In this document: positions 12,901-24,321 of the stretch, one piece after another | Layout: every line of letters starts with the position of its first letter | Numbering within the stretch: position 1 is the stretch's first letter | Assembly: GCA_951406725.2 (NCBI GenBank) | Contig: OX597824.1 | Coordinates: forward strand, 24,490,001 to 24,554,000 | Reading direction: 5' to 3' | DNA: 64,000 nucleotides | Origin: Octopus vulgaris | Taxonomy: Eukaryota | Made by a program: the position numbers and the translations under genes | Notes under the pieces: model-generated | What the model was told of the DNA's origin: nothing | What the model saw: the letters and a program-made list of their open reading frames with translations, nothing else | The model's database searches: none

Positions 12901-12994
12901 GATACCCATGATTTTGTATGGGTTGCTCCATGAGCAGCCCCCCCTTTTGAGGGTCACAGATTGTTGATTTTTAAAAAATTATGTTAGTCTTTAT

Positions 12995-13245
12995 TTATAA
13001 TGGACGGATAGGTGTCCTCATCATGTTTGTTGTTATCACAATATTTCGGCTGATGTATTCTCCAGCCTTCATCAGGTGTTCTGGAGGAATTTCAAACCCA
13101 ACCCTCTATTAGACTAATGGGGTACTCTGTTCTCATTCCTAAGTTATGTTGCTGATGTTATTTTTCGATTGATATTATTTTTCTAGTCCCTGCCTGGGAT
13201 TGAACTTAGAATCCGAGGGTTAGTAGCCTGCGCTCTTCTCCACTC
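12995..13245 (-). mobile_element. tRNA-headed non-autonomous retroelement ending in a hammerhead motif
   Basis: Minus strand: tRNA-like head (13245-13186, B box gttcaatcc), AT-rich linker, HHR at 13078-13037; homologous 5'-truncated copy at 37040-37245. Confidence 0.65.
13037..13078 (-). ncRNA. Minimal type I hammerhead ribozyme motif
   Basis: cac CUGAUGA a ggcugg..ucagcc GAA AUAU U gug: intact core, stem II, palindromic stem III. Confidence 0.7.
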
Positions 13246-13316
13246 TCGAATTTTAAGTTCAATCCCAGGCAGAGTCTAGAAAATAATATCAACAGAAAAA
13301 TAACATCAGCAACATA

Positions 13317-13775
13317 GGCGCAGGAGTGGCTGTGTGGTAAGTAGCTTGCTAACCAACCACATGGTTCCGGGTTCAGTCCCACTGCGTGGCATCTTGGGCA
13401 AGTGTCTTCTGCTATAGCCCCGGGCCGACCAATGCCTTGTGAGTGGATTTGGTAGACGGAAACTGAAAGAAGCCTGTCGTATATATATATATATATATAT
13501 ATATAAGTGTGTGTGTATATGTTTGTGTGTCTTTGTTTGTCCCCCTAGCATTGCTTGACAACCGATGCTGGTGTGTTTACGTTCTCGTCACCTAGCGGTT
13601 CGGCAAAAGAGACCGATAGAATAAGTACTGGGCTCACAAAGAATAAGTCCCGGGGTCGATTTGCTCCAGCTTCATTCTTTCGGGGTCGATAAAATAAGTA
13701 CCAGCTGAACACTGGAGTCGATGTAATCGATTTATTCCCACCTCTCCCAAACTTCCCTCGTGGCAAAAATTTGAA
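13317..13775 (+). mobile_element. SINE family A joined to the 3' half of SINE family B
   Basis: Family A sequence to about 13668, then the family B core tttcggggtcgataaaataagtacc and tail. Confidence 0.75.
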
Positions 13776-13806
13776 ATAATAATAATAATAATTATTATTA
13801 TTATTA

Positions 13807-13864
<58 letters not shown>

Positions 13865-13865
13865 G

Positions 13866-14430
13866 GAGGCGAACTGGCAGAATTGATCGAGAGTCACAAG
13901 AAATGCTTTCCCAAAATTTGTCTCGACTCTTTATGTTCTGAGTTCAAATTCCACCGAGGTCAACATTGCCTTCCATACATTCAGGATCAATATTTCATAA
14001 AATACCATTGAAGTTATGGGCTGGAGTTGAAAGCACCCCAAGCCTCAAAATTGCTGGCCTTGTGCCGAAATTTCAAAGAATTATCGATATTATCATTATT
14101 ATTCAAAGAACTAAGGCGGCGAGCTGGCAGAATCGTTAGCACACCGGGCAAAATGCTCAGCGACATTTCGTCCGTCTAGACGTTCTGAGTTCAAATTCTG
14201 CCGAGGTCGACTTTGCCTTTCATCCTTTCGAGGTCGATATAATAAGTTCCAGTTGATTTACTGACTTTGTACCAAAATCTGAAACCATAATGGTTTCAGA
14301 TTCAAAGTACTGTCGTTATGTAATCGACTCTTCGCCCTTACGTTCTGAGTTCAAATCTCGCTAAGCTTAGCTTTGCGTATGATCCATGCAGGGGTCGATA
14401 AAATAAAGTACCAATCAAGTACTGGTCTCG
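13866..14430 (+). mobile_element. Cluster of diverged SINE family B copies
   Basis: Heads at about 13866 and 14114; core motifs repeated. Confidence 0.7.
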
Positions 14431-14807
14431 CTTTCAACGAAACCAGTACTTTTGCTATGTACCTCTATTTCCAAGTTCATGGCTTTAAGCCTGTTTTAGT
14501 GGTAGTGATGATGTTTAGCCCCAAGTCAAACCTGCTTGAGTAAGATCTACGTTGAAAGGCGTTTCAACCATGACTATCCCGTCTGTATTTAAACAAGGAA
14601 TGATGCATTGGCAATGATGCATTGGCAAATGCATCATTCCTTTGTTAAAGCGATAGGATACGATATTAGCGCATTTGGCTGCTATTTCTAGCTAAACGAG
14701 CGACTGTGTAGGATGGCACCCTCGTCAGCAGTCACAGCAGCAGTGTGTGGTAGATGTTGATATTTGATGTTGTGGTGGTAGTAGACGTGAAGCTGGAGTG
14801 GAAAGGT

Positions 14808-14904
14808 GGCGGGAAGCTAGATGCTGTGTTGGCGGGAAGCTGAAGGCAGAAAACGCGGGAAATTCAATGCCCTCGTTTTTTGTAACAAAGAATAATGGCG
14901 GGAA
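14808..14904 (+). promoter_or_regulatory. Cluster of four E2F-type (G/C)GCGGGAA motifs
   Basis: GGCGGGAA at 14808, 14831 and 14897; CGCGGGAAA at 14854; non-repeat context. Confidence 0.35.
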
Positions 14905-15164
14905 GCAGCAGTGATAATTATAAGGTTACGAGGCTGTTGGGGGGCCCCGTGGTAACAACAGTAGTAGTGGTGGTGGTGGTGGTGGTGGTGGTGGTTATGG
15001 CGGCTGATAATTGAGGTGATGGTGGTGTTAGCTGTCTGTCACATACCACTACTGATGAAGACGTCTGATAGTGGTTTGAGGATCACGGTGGTGGGGTGGC
15101 GGTGATGCGATCATGTGGTGCATTCTGGCGGGGTAGTTAATTTAAAAAGGATAGTCATTGTGAT

Positions 15165-15165
15165 T

Positions 15166-15215
<50 letters not shown>

Positions 15216-15411
15216 GGTGGTGGTGGTGGTGGCGGCGGCGGTGGTGGTGGTGGTGGTGGTGGTGATGGCGGCGGTGGTGGTGGTGGTGGTGGTGGTGGCG
15301 GTAGTAGTAGTAGTAGTAGTAGTAGTAGCAGCGGCGGTGGTGGTGGTGGTAGTAGTAGTGGTAGTAGTAGTAGTAGTAGTAGCGGCGGTGGTGGTGGTGG
15401 TAGTAGTAGTG

Positions 15412-15462
<51 letters not shown>

Positions 15463-15840
15463 TCTGCTCTGTGTGTTGATGTCGGTGTTCTGCAGTGATG
15501 GCGAGGGTGGTGAAGGAATTTGAAGGTATTCTTTCTTAAAACCCAGGTCAAACTTTACTTAAGCAGTTTATATGATCAAAAGACGTTCCAGCCATGATCA
15601 TCCCGATTGTTTTTTTACTTATTTATTTATTTATTTATTTTTCGATTTATGTTTGGCATTGTTCTGATTCAATGTGTATTCTTTAGCCAAAGGAATAATA
15701 CATTTGTAGAATATGATTGAGGAAGACTTAACTGCTATTTCTAACAGGTCGAACGACCGCAAAAAGAGATCATCCGTTGTTGTTGGTCGATGTAGTGGTG
15801 GTGGTGGTGGTGGTGGTGGTGGTGGTGGTGGTGGTGGTAG

Positions 15841-15871
<31 letters not shown>

Positions 15872-15905
15872 GGTGGTGGTGGTGGTGGTGGTGGTGGTGG
15901 TGGTG

Positions 15906-15961
<56 letters not shown>

Positions 15962-15977
15962 TGTAGTAGTAGTAGTA
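15165..15977. repeat. Compound (AGT)n/(GGT)n/(TGT)n trinucleotide microsatellites
   Basis: Direct reading; source of the poly-V/T/G/S ORFs. Confidence 0.95.
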
Positions 15978-16440
15978 ACAAATTTATAGGACCATGTAAT
16001 AACAGTGTTACGAGGATGATGCTGATGATGATGATGATGGAGACAGCAACGCAGACGATGACGACAACGTTAATGATGATGATGATGATGATGTTGATGA
16101 TATTGATGGTGAGGATGTCAGCAATGTCGGCGGCGGCGGTGGTGACGGTAAAGCCGCGTTTACTGTGTCAGAGGTCACGTCGGATGTACAGAGCTATAAA
16201 TACACAGAGGATGTGAGATAGAGAGAGAGGGGGGGGCTGAAGGATGAAGAGAAGAAGTGAGAGGGAGGAGTGTCGTAGCGGAGGTGGGAGGTTGAGTAAG
16301 TTACAAATAAACTAAGAGGAGGAGGGGGAGGCTGATGAGAAAAAAACAACAATATCAATAAAAGAAGGAGCGAAAATAAAAACAAAAAGAAAGGCTATTT
16401 ACATACATACATACATAGATACATACATACATAAATACAC

Positions 16441-16471
<31 letters not shown>

Positions 16472-16819
16472 AAAGAAGGGGAAATAGGCGGGAAATGTCT
16501 GTGTGTCAAAAGTTTGCGGATGTCACCGACAGGCTTAGAAGAGGTTGAATGAGGTGTTGTATGATGAGAAGGGGTTAGAAGGAAGAAGTGATGGAAATGG
16601 CGGGTGTTGTGCCGAGTACATGTCGGTGCATTTATATATATATATCTATATGGAGGGGGCGTGTGTATGAATACATATTTGTGTGTTTGTGTATACATAT
16701 ATGTATACGTGTGCATGTAAGTATGTATGTATGTATACGTACGTATATAGGTAGATAGGTATAAATGCATGTATCCTATGTATGTATGTATGTATGTATG
16801 TATGTATGTATGTATGTAT

Positions 16820-17027
16820 ATCCATGATAGATCGTTAGCTCCTACACGCATTTTTCTCTCCTTGTTTCTCTCCTTGTTTTTTTTCTGTGTATCTTTCTGT
16901 CGAAGAGCGTAGGCTCGAAACGTAAAAGACTTTTTCTATTCCTGAGCGCTATACTAATACATTTGTTTATTTGTTCTCCACATGCCTTCGTCTTTTGTTT
17001 ATTTTCGTAAACTTTCCCTTTCTATAT

Positions 17028-17030
<3 letters not shown>
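16820..17030 (+). mobile_element. Penelope-like element terminal remnant with hammerhead variant
   Basis: HHR-like motif at 16892-16929; homologous segments at 30350-30470, 32697-32895 and 33330-33550; abuts (TA)n. Confidence 0.6.
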
Positions 17031-17104
<74 letters not shown>

Positions 17105-17209
17105 TAAGTTTCAGCTCAGAGCTGCGGCCATGCTGATGCACCGCCGTTATATATATATATATATATATAAACGGCGGTGCATTAGCATGGCCGCAGCTCT
17201 GAGCTGAAA

Positions 17210-17260
<51 letters not shown>

Positions 17261-17839
17261 TTTAAATAAAGTATATGATTGATACTAGTTTCAGCTCACG
17301 AGCTGTGGCCATGCTGGGGCACCGCCATTTTAGGGAGCCTCGTGGAGCTTTTAGGTGTTTTCGCTCAATAAACACACACAACGCCCGGTCTGGGAATCGA
17401 AACCGCGATCCTACGACCGCGAGTCCGCTGCCCTAACCACTGGGTTATATATATATAACGGCGGTGCCCCAGCATGGCCACAGCTCTGAGCTGAAACTAA
17501 AAAAAAATAAGTGTGTATAAGTAGGTATTTGCCTGCGTTTGTGTGTATATGCACGTTGTGTACATAAGTGTTGACATTGCATACCACTTGTACACCCAGC
17601 AACCATTTCAAGTACGTACAATTCTTATGTAGGAGAAATACTTTGGAGAAGGTTAACAAGTGGGGTATTCCTTTCGATTGCATATTTGCTTGCTTTGTCT
17701 AAATTTTTTTCTTAGTTTTCAGCTCAAACACGATTCTATTTACAAACCAAATGTATTTTCCTGCCAAAGAGTGGGTTATGCTGCGGTTTCTCAACCTGCT
17801 AGAAATAGTAGCGAAATCTTCCTCAAATGGGGAAGACGA

Positions 17840-18110
17840 GGATCTTTTCGGTTTGACCGGCAGTTTTTTCTGGCGGTGTCATATGAAATTGTCACCCATA
17901 ATTATGACCCTAGTATCGATCTGTTGCATGTCAATCTGTTTTAGGGTTAGGGTTAGTGGTGGGGGAGGGTATCTTTTTTTCTTTACAATTGTAAATAAAC
18001 CCAATCTGTTTCTTAAACGAGAGACATATTCATACGGCACAGAATGTTTTTCTTACCTCAATACACGTCAGTGATTGGTTGAAATTGCAGAAATTGAAGA
18101 AAAAAACAAC
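17840..18110 (-). mobile_element. Partial copy of the telomeric-repeat TIR element
   Basis: TIR ggatcttttcggtttgaccggcagttttt, TTAGGG repeats at 17941-17956; reverse match to 27743-28167. Confidence 0.85.
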
Positions 18111-18167
18111 CGGGCGAAATGCTTTGCGGTACTTCGTCTGCTGTTACGTTGTGAGTTCAAATTCCGC

Positions 18168-18495
18168 TGGAGTTTCTACAGCTGGATGCCCTTCCTAACG
18201 CCATCAGAACGAGGGCCAGTCAGGCGGTACTGGCAACGGCCACGCTCAAATGATGCTTTTTATGTGCCACCTGCACAGGAACCAGTCCAGCGACACTGAC
18301 AACGACCTCGCTCGAATGTTTTTTCACGTGCCACCAGCACAAGTGTCAGTAAGGCGACGCTGGTAACGATCGTGCTCGAATGGCGTTTTTTACGTGCCAC
18401 CTGCACGGAAGCCATTTTGTTGCTCTGGCAACGATCACGCTCGGATGGTGCTCTTAGCGCTCCACTAGCACAGATGCCAGTCATCGAATTTGATT
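18168..18495 (-). mobile_element. SINE-like repeat with four internal tandem units of about 65-70 bp
   Basis: Units gctcgaatg..tttt.cgtgccacc.gcac; minus strand ends ggcgttaggaagggcatccagctgtagaaac, a motif common in SINE/RTE bodies. Confidence 0.6.
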
Positions 18496-19406
18496 TCGAT
18501 AAACCCTCAAATTTATTACTGTGTAGTCTTGTACTTATATTGGTTTAAAACGTTGACACAAGGCCAGCAATATCGAGAAAGCGAGGGAGTCGATTACATC
18601 GATCTCAGTGATCAACTGCTACTCATTTTATTGACTTCGGTGACATTAGAACTCAGAATGTATAAGGCAAACAAAGGACCGCTAAGCATTTTGCCTGGTG
18701 TGTTAGCAACTCTACGGGCAAAGTGTGTACGTGCACGTTCGCGTTCGGAGAAACAGAACGTAAGGGAGAGTGAGAGTGTCGCTGAGATTCTGTATTTGTT
18801 TGCATATTGTCTTTGTTCGCTTCGCTGAAATGTCGGAAGTAAATTCAACATGGGCTGATCACTTATAAACGGATGAACGTCACTGATGACTTCCGGTCAG
18901 CCTATTGTCTTTCTATTTATAACTCAAGTGCCAGCGAATAGATGACATAACGCCAAACAGAAACCAAATTAACCCCATAACACTTAGATTAAATTCAAGG
19001 AGAATACATATTAAAGTATTTAACACTTTTTTTTATTTTGTTTTTGGTTTGTGGGGTTTCAGCGAGTCTGCAGAATGGTGATGATATGGTTTATGGAGCC
19101 ACATTGCGAACGATTGCTTCTTTGCTCCATCAACACAGAAGAAGAAATTAGTACAATGTGCAACGCAGTGGAATTGGTCCCGCATGAAACTCTCGGACAT
19201 TGAGTCACTGCGTTACTGCAACTATGTATTAATAAAAATATACATATACATATATTTTGAATTCTGTTTTTCCTGCTTGCATCAACATACCAATATATAT
19301 ATATATATATATATATGGAAATAGAATATCGATAGATTAATACATATAATATATGTATACTTATATAAATATATGTCTTTGAGAATTTGGTTGTATGTAT
19401 GTAAGT

Positions 19407-19467
<61 letters not shown>

Positions 19468-19640
19468 CACACACACATACATACATACATACATACATAC
19501 ATACATACATACATACATACATACATACATACATACATTGTATTTAGGGATGGTCATTTTTTTTGCCAAATAAACACACACACTAAATTTTCGTTGTACA
19601 CTCGTTTATTACTGTTCTTATTCTAACTTATGTCCATTGT

Positions 19641-19680
19641 CCGGAAATCTTTCGTCACATATCTGTGACCTCTTCAGCGA
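19641..19680 (-). ncRNA. Minimal type I hammerhead motif
   Basis: ucg CUGAAGA g gucaca gaua ugugac GAAA gauu UC cgg; decayed relative at about 47262-47305. Confidence 0.65.
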
Positions 19681-19958
19681 CACTTTCAGTCTTCGTGTGT
19701 GCTCTTGTTCCACTTATTTCATTCTGTTCTTTTATGATGTGTATCCTTATATGCGGGCGGTGGTTTGAGTTCTTGAGCAAAGTACTTCATTTCATGTTAC
19801 TCCAGTATAAATGAATAATCCTGCAATAGACTGGAGTACTATTCAGAGGGGAAGTCGTGACCTTTGTCACTCATTTGCCATGAAATCGGGTAACCGTCTC
19901 TAAGGGCTCTAGGACACAAGACTATAATGTCAGGAGTTTGTCCTCTTCTTCTTCTTCT

Positions 19959-20000
<42 letters not shown>

Positions 20001-20966
20001 TTTCTCATTCTAATGATATTAATGATACTTATTTCTATACGTTTAGAAACTAAAGAAATAGCTGTCGAGTCAGAAGCAACTGGCTCGGCTGAGTGCCTAG
20101 CTATAAGAAAACCTTACATTACACTTAATAACTTCCATCAAAATCTTATTTATCATCTATCTTGTAGGTTAATAAATTCAAACAAAAGTTTGAGTTAGGT
20201 ATAACGAATAAAACTATCTTCGGCACTTTTAATTCTTAGACTTACATAAACAACCGATTTACCATTATGGAATAACAGTATTTCTGCTATCAGTTGGTTC
20301 TATAAGCATCTACATAAATGTGAGTTTGATGCCATACAAATTTATCTTTTATTAGCTGACTCTTTGATCGAAAAAGTATTCATTTTCGCTAAATATCATA
20401 TTTCAGTCAACGATTTTGATATCACCATAATCATAAATACAAGAATATTATTGCTTCTTACGATAATGTTCTATCGGAAAAAGATGCTAATTGTTTTCAT
20501 ACAACCATGGGTAATTTAGACAGGGCGGAAAAAGACGGCGACGTAACGGAATCGTTATTACACCAGACAAAATACCTTGTTGGACATGTTCAAGATCTCT
20601 TCGCTCTGAGTTCAAGTCGCGCTGAAGTTATTTATTATTTATTTTTATTTTATTTTTATTTTATTTTTATTTTAAGAATTAATGAATAAATAATGTTCCA
20701 ATTTAATCTTCTCTCTCTTTCTCTCTGGATTCTTTCAAAGGTTATCGCAGTGGTCTGCAGAGTGAGTAACTATATTCCTTACAGATTATGTTAATTCTAT
20801 TAATTTTGCTTAGCACCAGTGACGTTGTAACTCATTTCTACAGATGGAAGCAGCGTGAAATAAAGTGTCTTGCTCAAGAACACAACTTATAGCCCGGTCT
20901 GGGAATTAGACTCACTACCTCATGGTTGTGAACCCGATACTATAACCACTGAACTATGCATGTGCA

Positions 20967-21042
<76 letters not shown>

Positions 21043-21247
21043 GTATGTGTGTGTGTGTGTGAAAATTAATATAAACAGCTAGGCGCAATATAATACCATA
21101 AAGGAGACATTTCATCGTCACTAATTGTGATAGAGGGTGCCGAAGCAAGAAATAATGTATATATGTATATAATCATACTTACGTATGTATGGGCATACAT
21201 ACACAAACATATATATACATACATACATACATACATACATACATACA

Positions 21248-21318
<71 letters not shown>

Positions 21319-21403
21319 AATCCAAACGGGAAACAAAAAACAACGACAATGGAACAATTACAGTATTATTATTAATAGGCGCTCAGGAAATGGAAGCAGG
21401 GAG

Positions 21404-21438
21404 GTATGACGTTTCGAGCGGAGCTCTTCGTCGGAAAC
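21404..21438 (-). ncRNA. Minimal hammerhead motif, U4C variant
   Basis: guuu CCGACGA a gagc ucc gcuc GAA ACGU C auac; same family as 49972-50006. Confidence 0.55.
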
Positions 21439-22296
21439 ATAAAGAAGGAAGAGAGAGGAAAGAAAGATCCCAGAGCGGGCAACGGAGATATACAAAAAAA
21501 ACGACTGGTGTTAGGAGTTACACATGGTGAAAGGCGGATGTTTACGATAACAAGAGCAAAGTGGGTTTTTAAAGGCAAAAGAGTAGAGACAAGGTTGGTA
21601 ACGCAACAGATGTGTGTGTATGTGTGAGTGTGTGCGTGTGCGTGTGTGTATGTGTGTGTGTGAGGCGAGATAAAAAAACAAAAAATATATGTATGTGTTA
21701 GTCTGTGCGTCTGTGTGTAGGCGTGTGAGGTAGGGCGAGACGGTGGTCAGCATAGCAGCAGCATAGCAGACAAAGGTCAGTAGTAAGAAAAGGGAGGAAG
21801 GAGGAAGGGAGGGAGGGGAAGGGGTGGGGGCGTATGTAGCGTGCCAGCGTGTGTTGAGTAGTAGTGTGTGTGTGTGTCCAGTGTCGTGGTAGTATTAATG
21901 GCGAGTAGATTGAATGTGTGTAAGAGTAATGTATATGTTTAAGCAATGTGTGTATATGTGTGCGCGTGTGTGTAACGAAAAAGGGGGGGTTAAGGAAAAG
22001 GACTCCAGCGGAGGGGAAGATGGAAGAGTGGTCGCGCGGAGACGGGCGTGGGAAAACCCAACGACAAGCGACATCCCAGGAACGGGCGGGAGGTCTCGTC
22101 GGGTCCAAGGGCGAGGTGCATGCGGCGCGCATGCGTGCGCGAAACGGCGCAAGCGCGTGTGTGCGCGCGCCTGCGAGTGTGCGCGTACGTATGTGTGTGT
22201 GTGGATGTGTGAGTGTGTCTGTGTGTATGTCTGGGTGGCAGTGTGTCCGATGAATGTATGTGAGTATGTGTGTATATATGTGTGTGCATAGATGTA

Positions 22297-22330
<34 letters not shown>

Positions 22331-22797
22331 AGTGTGTATGTATGTACGTGTGGGTGTGGGGGAAGTGTGTGTATGTGCATGTGTGTGCGCGAACATACAG
22401 GTGTGTGAGTGAGTGCGTGTGTGTGTATGTATGTGTGAGTGTGTATGTATGTGTGTGTAGGATGCATGTATGTGTATGGGTGTATGTATGCGTGTGTGTA
22501 TGTATGTATGTGTACGTGCGTGTGTGTGTGTGTATGCGTGTAGGTGTGCGCGTGTGCATGCGTGCATGCATGTGCGTATGTGTGTGTGTGTGCATGTGTG
22601 TGGGTATATATGTATGTGCGTATATGTGTGTGTATGTGCGTACATGTGTGTGTGTATGCATGTGTGTGTGTAGGTGTGTGTGTATAGGTGTATGTATGTA
22701 AGTATGTATGGGTGTGTCCGTGTATGTGTGTATGTATGTATGTGTGTATGTAGCTGTGTGGGCGTGTGTATATGTGTGTGTATGTAGGTGTGTGGGC

Positions 22798-22824
<27 letters not shown>

Positions 22825-22829
<5 letters not shown>

Positions 22830-22992
22830 CAAAATGGGACAAGAATGCAAAACATCAGACAACTAAGTGATACAAAAAGGGACAACAAAACATCCAGATA
22901 GACGATACAAAAAAAAAAACAAGGACAGGTCATTCGAAGCTTTTTATCCTCAGTCAAGAACCGGATCATCCTCGCAATTTCGGCTAATTACA
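22825..22992 (-). mobile_element. PLE-like terminal remnant (family shared with 39455-39590 and 44885-45075)
   Basis: Shared cagtcaagaaccggatcatc.tcgcaatttcggc motif; abuts (TA)n. Confidence 0.45.
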
Positions 22993-23651
22993 GTAGCTGT
23001 GTTGTAAGTAACTTGCTTTACCAACTACGTGGTTCCTAGTTCAGTCCCACTGCGTTGCACCTTGGGCAGGTGTCTTCTACTCGGGCCGACCAAAGCCTTG
23101 TAAGTGGAGCTATATTCTTTTATTCTTTTACTTGGTTCAATCATTTGACTGCGGCCGCGCTGGAGCATCGCCTTAAAGAGTTTTAGTCGAACAAATCGAC
23201 CCAAGAACTTATTTTCTTAAAATCTAGTAATTATACTACTTGGTCTCAAGATGCTGCAGAGTGGGGTTGAACCAGAAACGACGTGGTTGCAATTCGAGAT
23301 TCTTAAACACGAAGCCAGGGGCTGCTTAATAGTAAGTATGTTTTTTCAAAAAATGTCACACTGAAGTTAATCCATGAAAAGAACAAACGAAATAACATTC
23401 TTCTCATATTATCTTGGTATTTAATTCAGGAAAAAAATTAATGTAAGCATGCTACCTTACCCGCTAACCTATTTTATATTCTAATCCTCCTTCGCCACCG
23501 CCTCCTCATTATCATCATCATCATCAACATCATCATCATCATCATCATGAGTGCCAACAGCAGTACTACTATCATCATCGTCTCGTTAACAACAAGAACG
23601 GTAACTTCTGCCGAGCAAAGTGAGAGCCAATAAATTCGTATACAATGTTGC

Positions 23652-23702
<51 letters not shown>

Positions 23703-23791
23703 TATACGCGCATGTACATGCATACATACACACGCATATGTATATGTGTGCAACTGTACGTGTCTATCAAATTTTACGTGTGAATGAATGT

Positions 23792-23874
<83 letters not shown>

Positions 23875-23985
23875 CATACATACATACATACATACATACA
23901 TACATACGAACATACATACATACATACATACATACATACATACATAGACAAACAGAAAGACAAACAGACAGTTAGATAGATAGAC

Positions 23986-24067
<82 letters not shown>

Positions 24068-24321
24068 AAACACCGAGCTAATCCGCTTCAACATCAACGA
24101 GAATTAAAACCAACTGGCAGCCAAGAATAATTAACCAACGCATTAAGCACCGGTCACACAAACAACCCCCGTTACATTGCAAAAGAAAGGAAAAGAGCGA
24201 TTAACATTCCTCTTTATTTAATACATTTTAGGGAGGAGTATCAAATACTTGCGGTATTTGACTCACCACATTCATTCATACTTATTAATGAATTAGAAAC
24301 AATTATTGTTATTATTATCAA

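Noticed and set aside
15111-16216. Poly-Thr/Val/Gly/Ser/Pro ORFs resembling low-complexity proteins
   Set aside because: Pure trinucleotide microsatellites open in several frames, with no splice or domain support
21698-22969. 423-aa ORF and overlapping His/Thr-rich ORFs
   Set aside because: Read-through of degenerate (CA)n/(TACA)n repeats; no domain content
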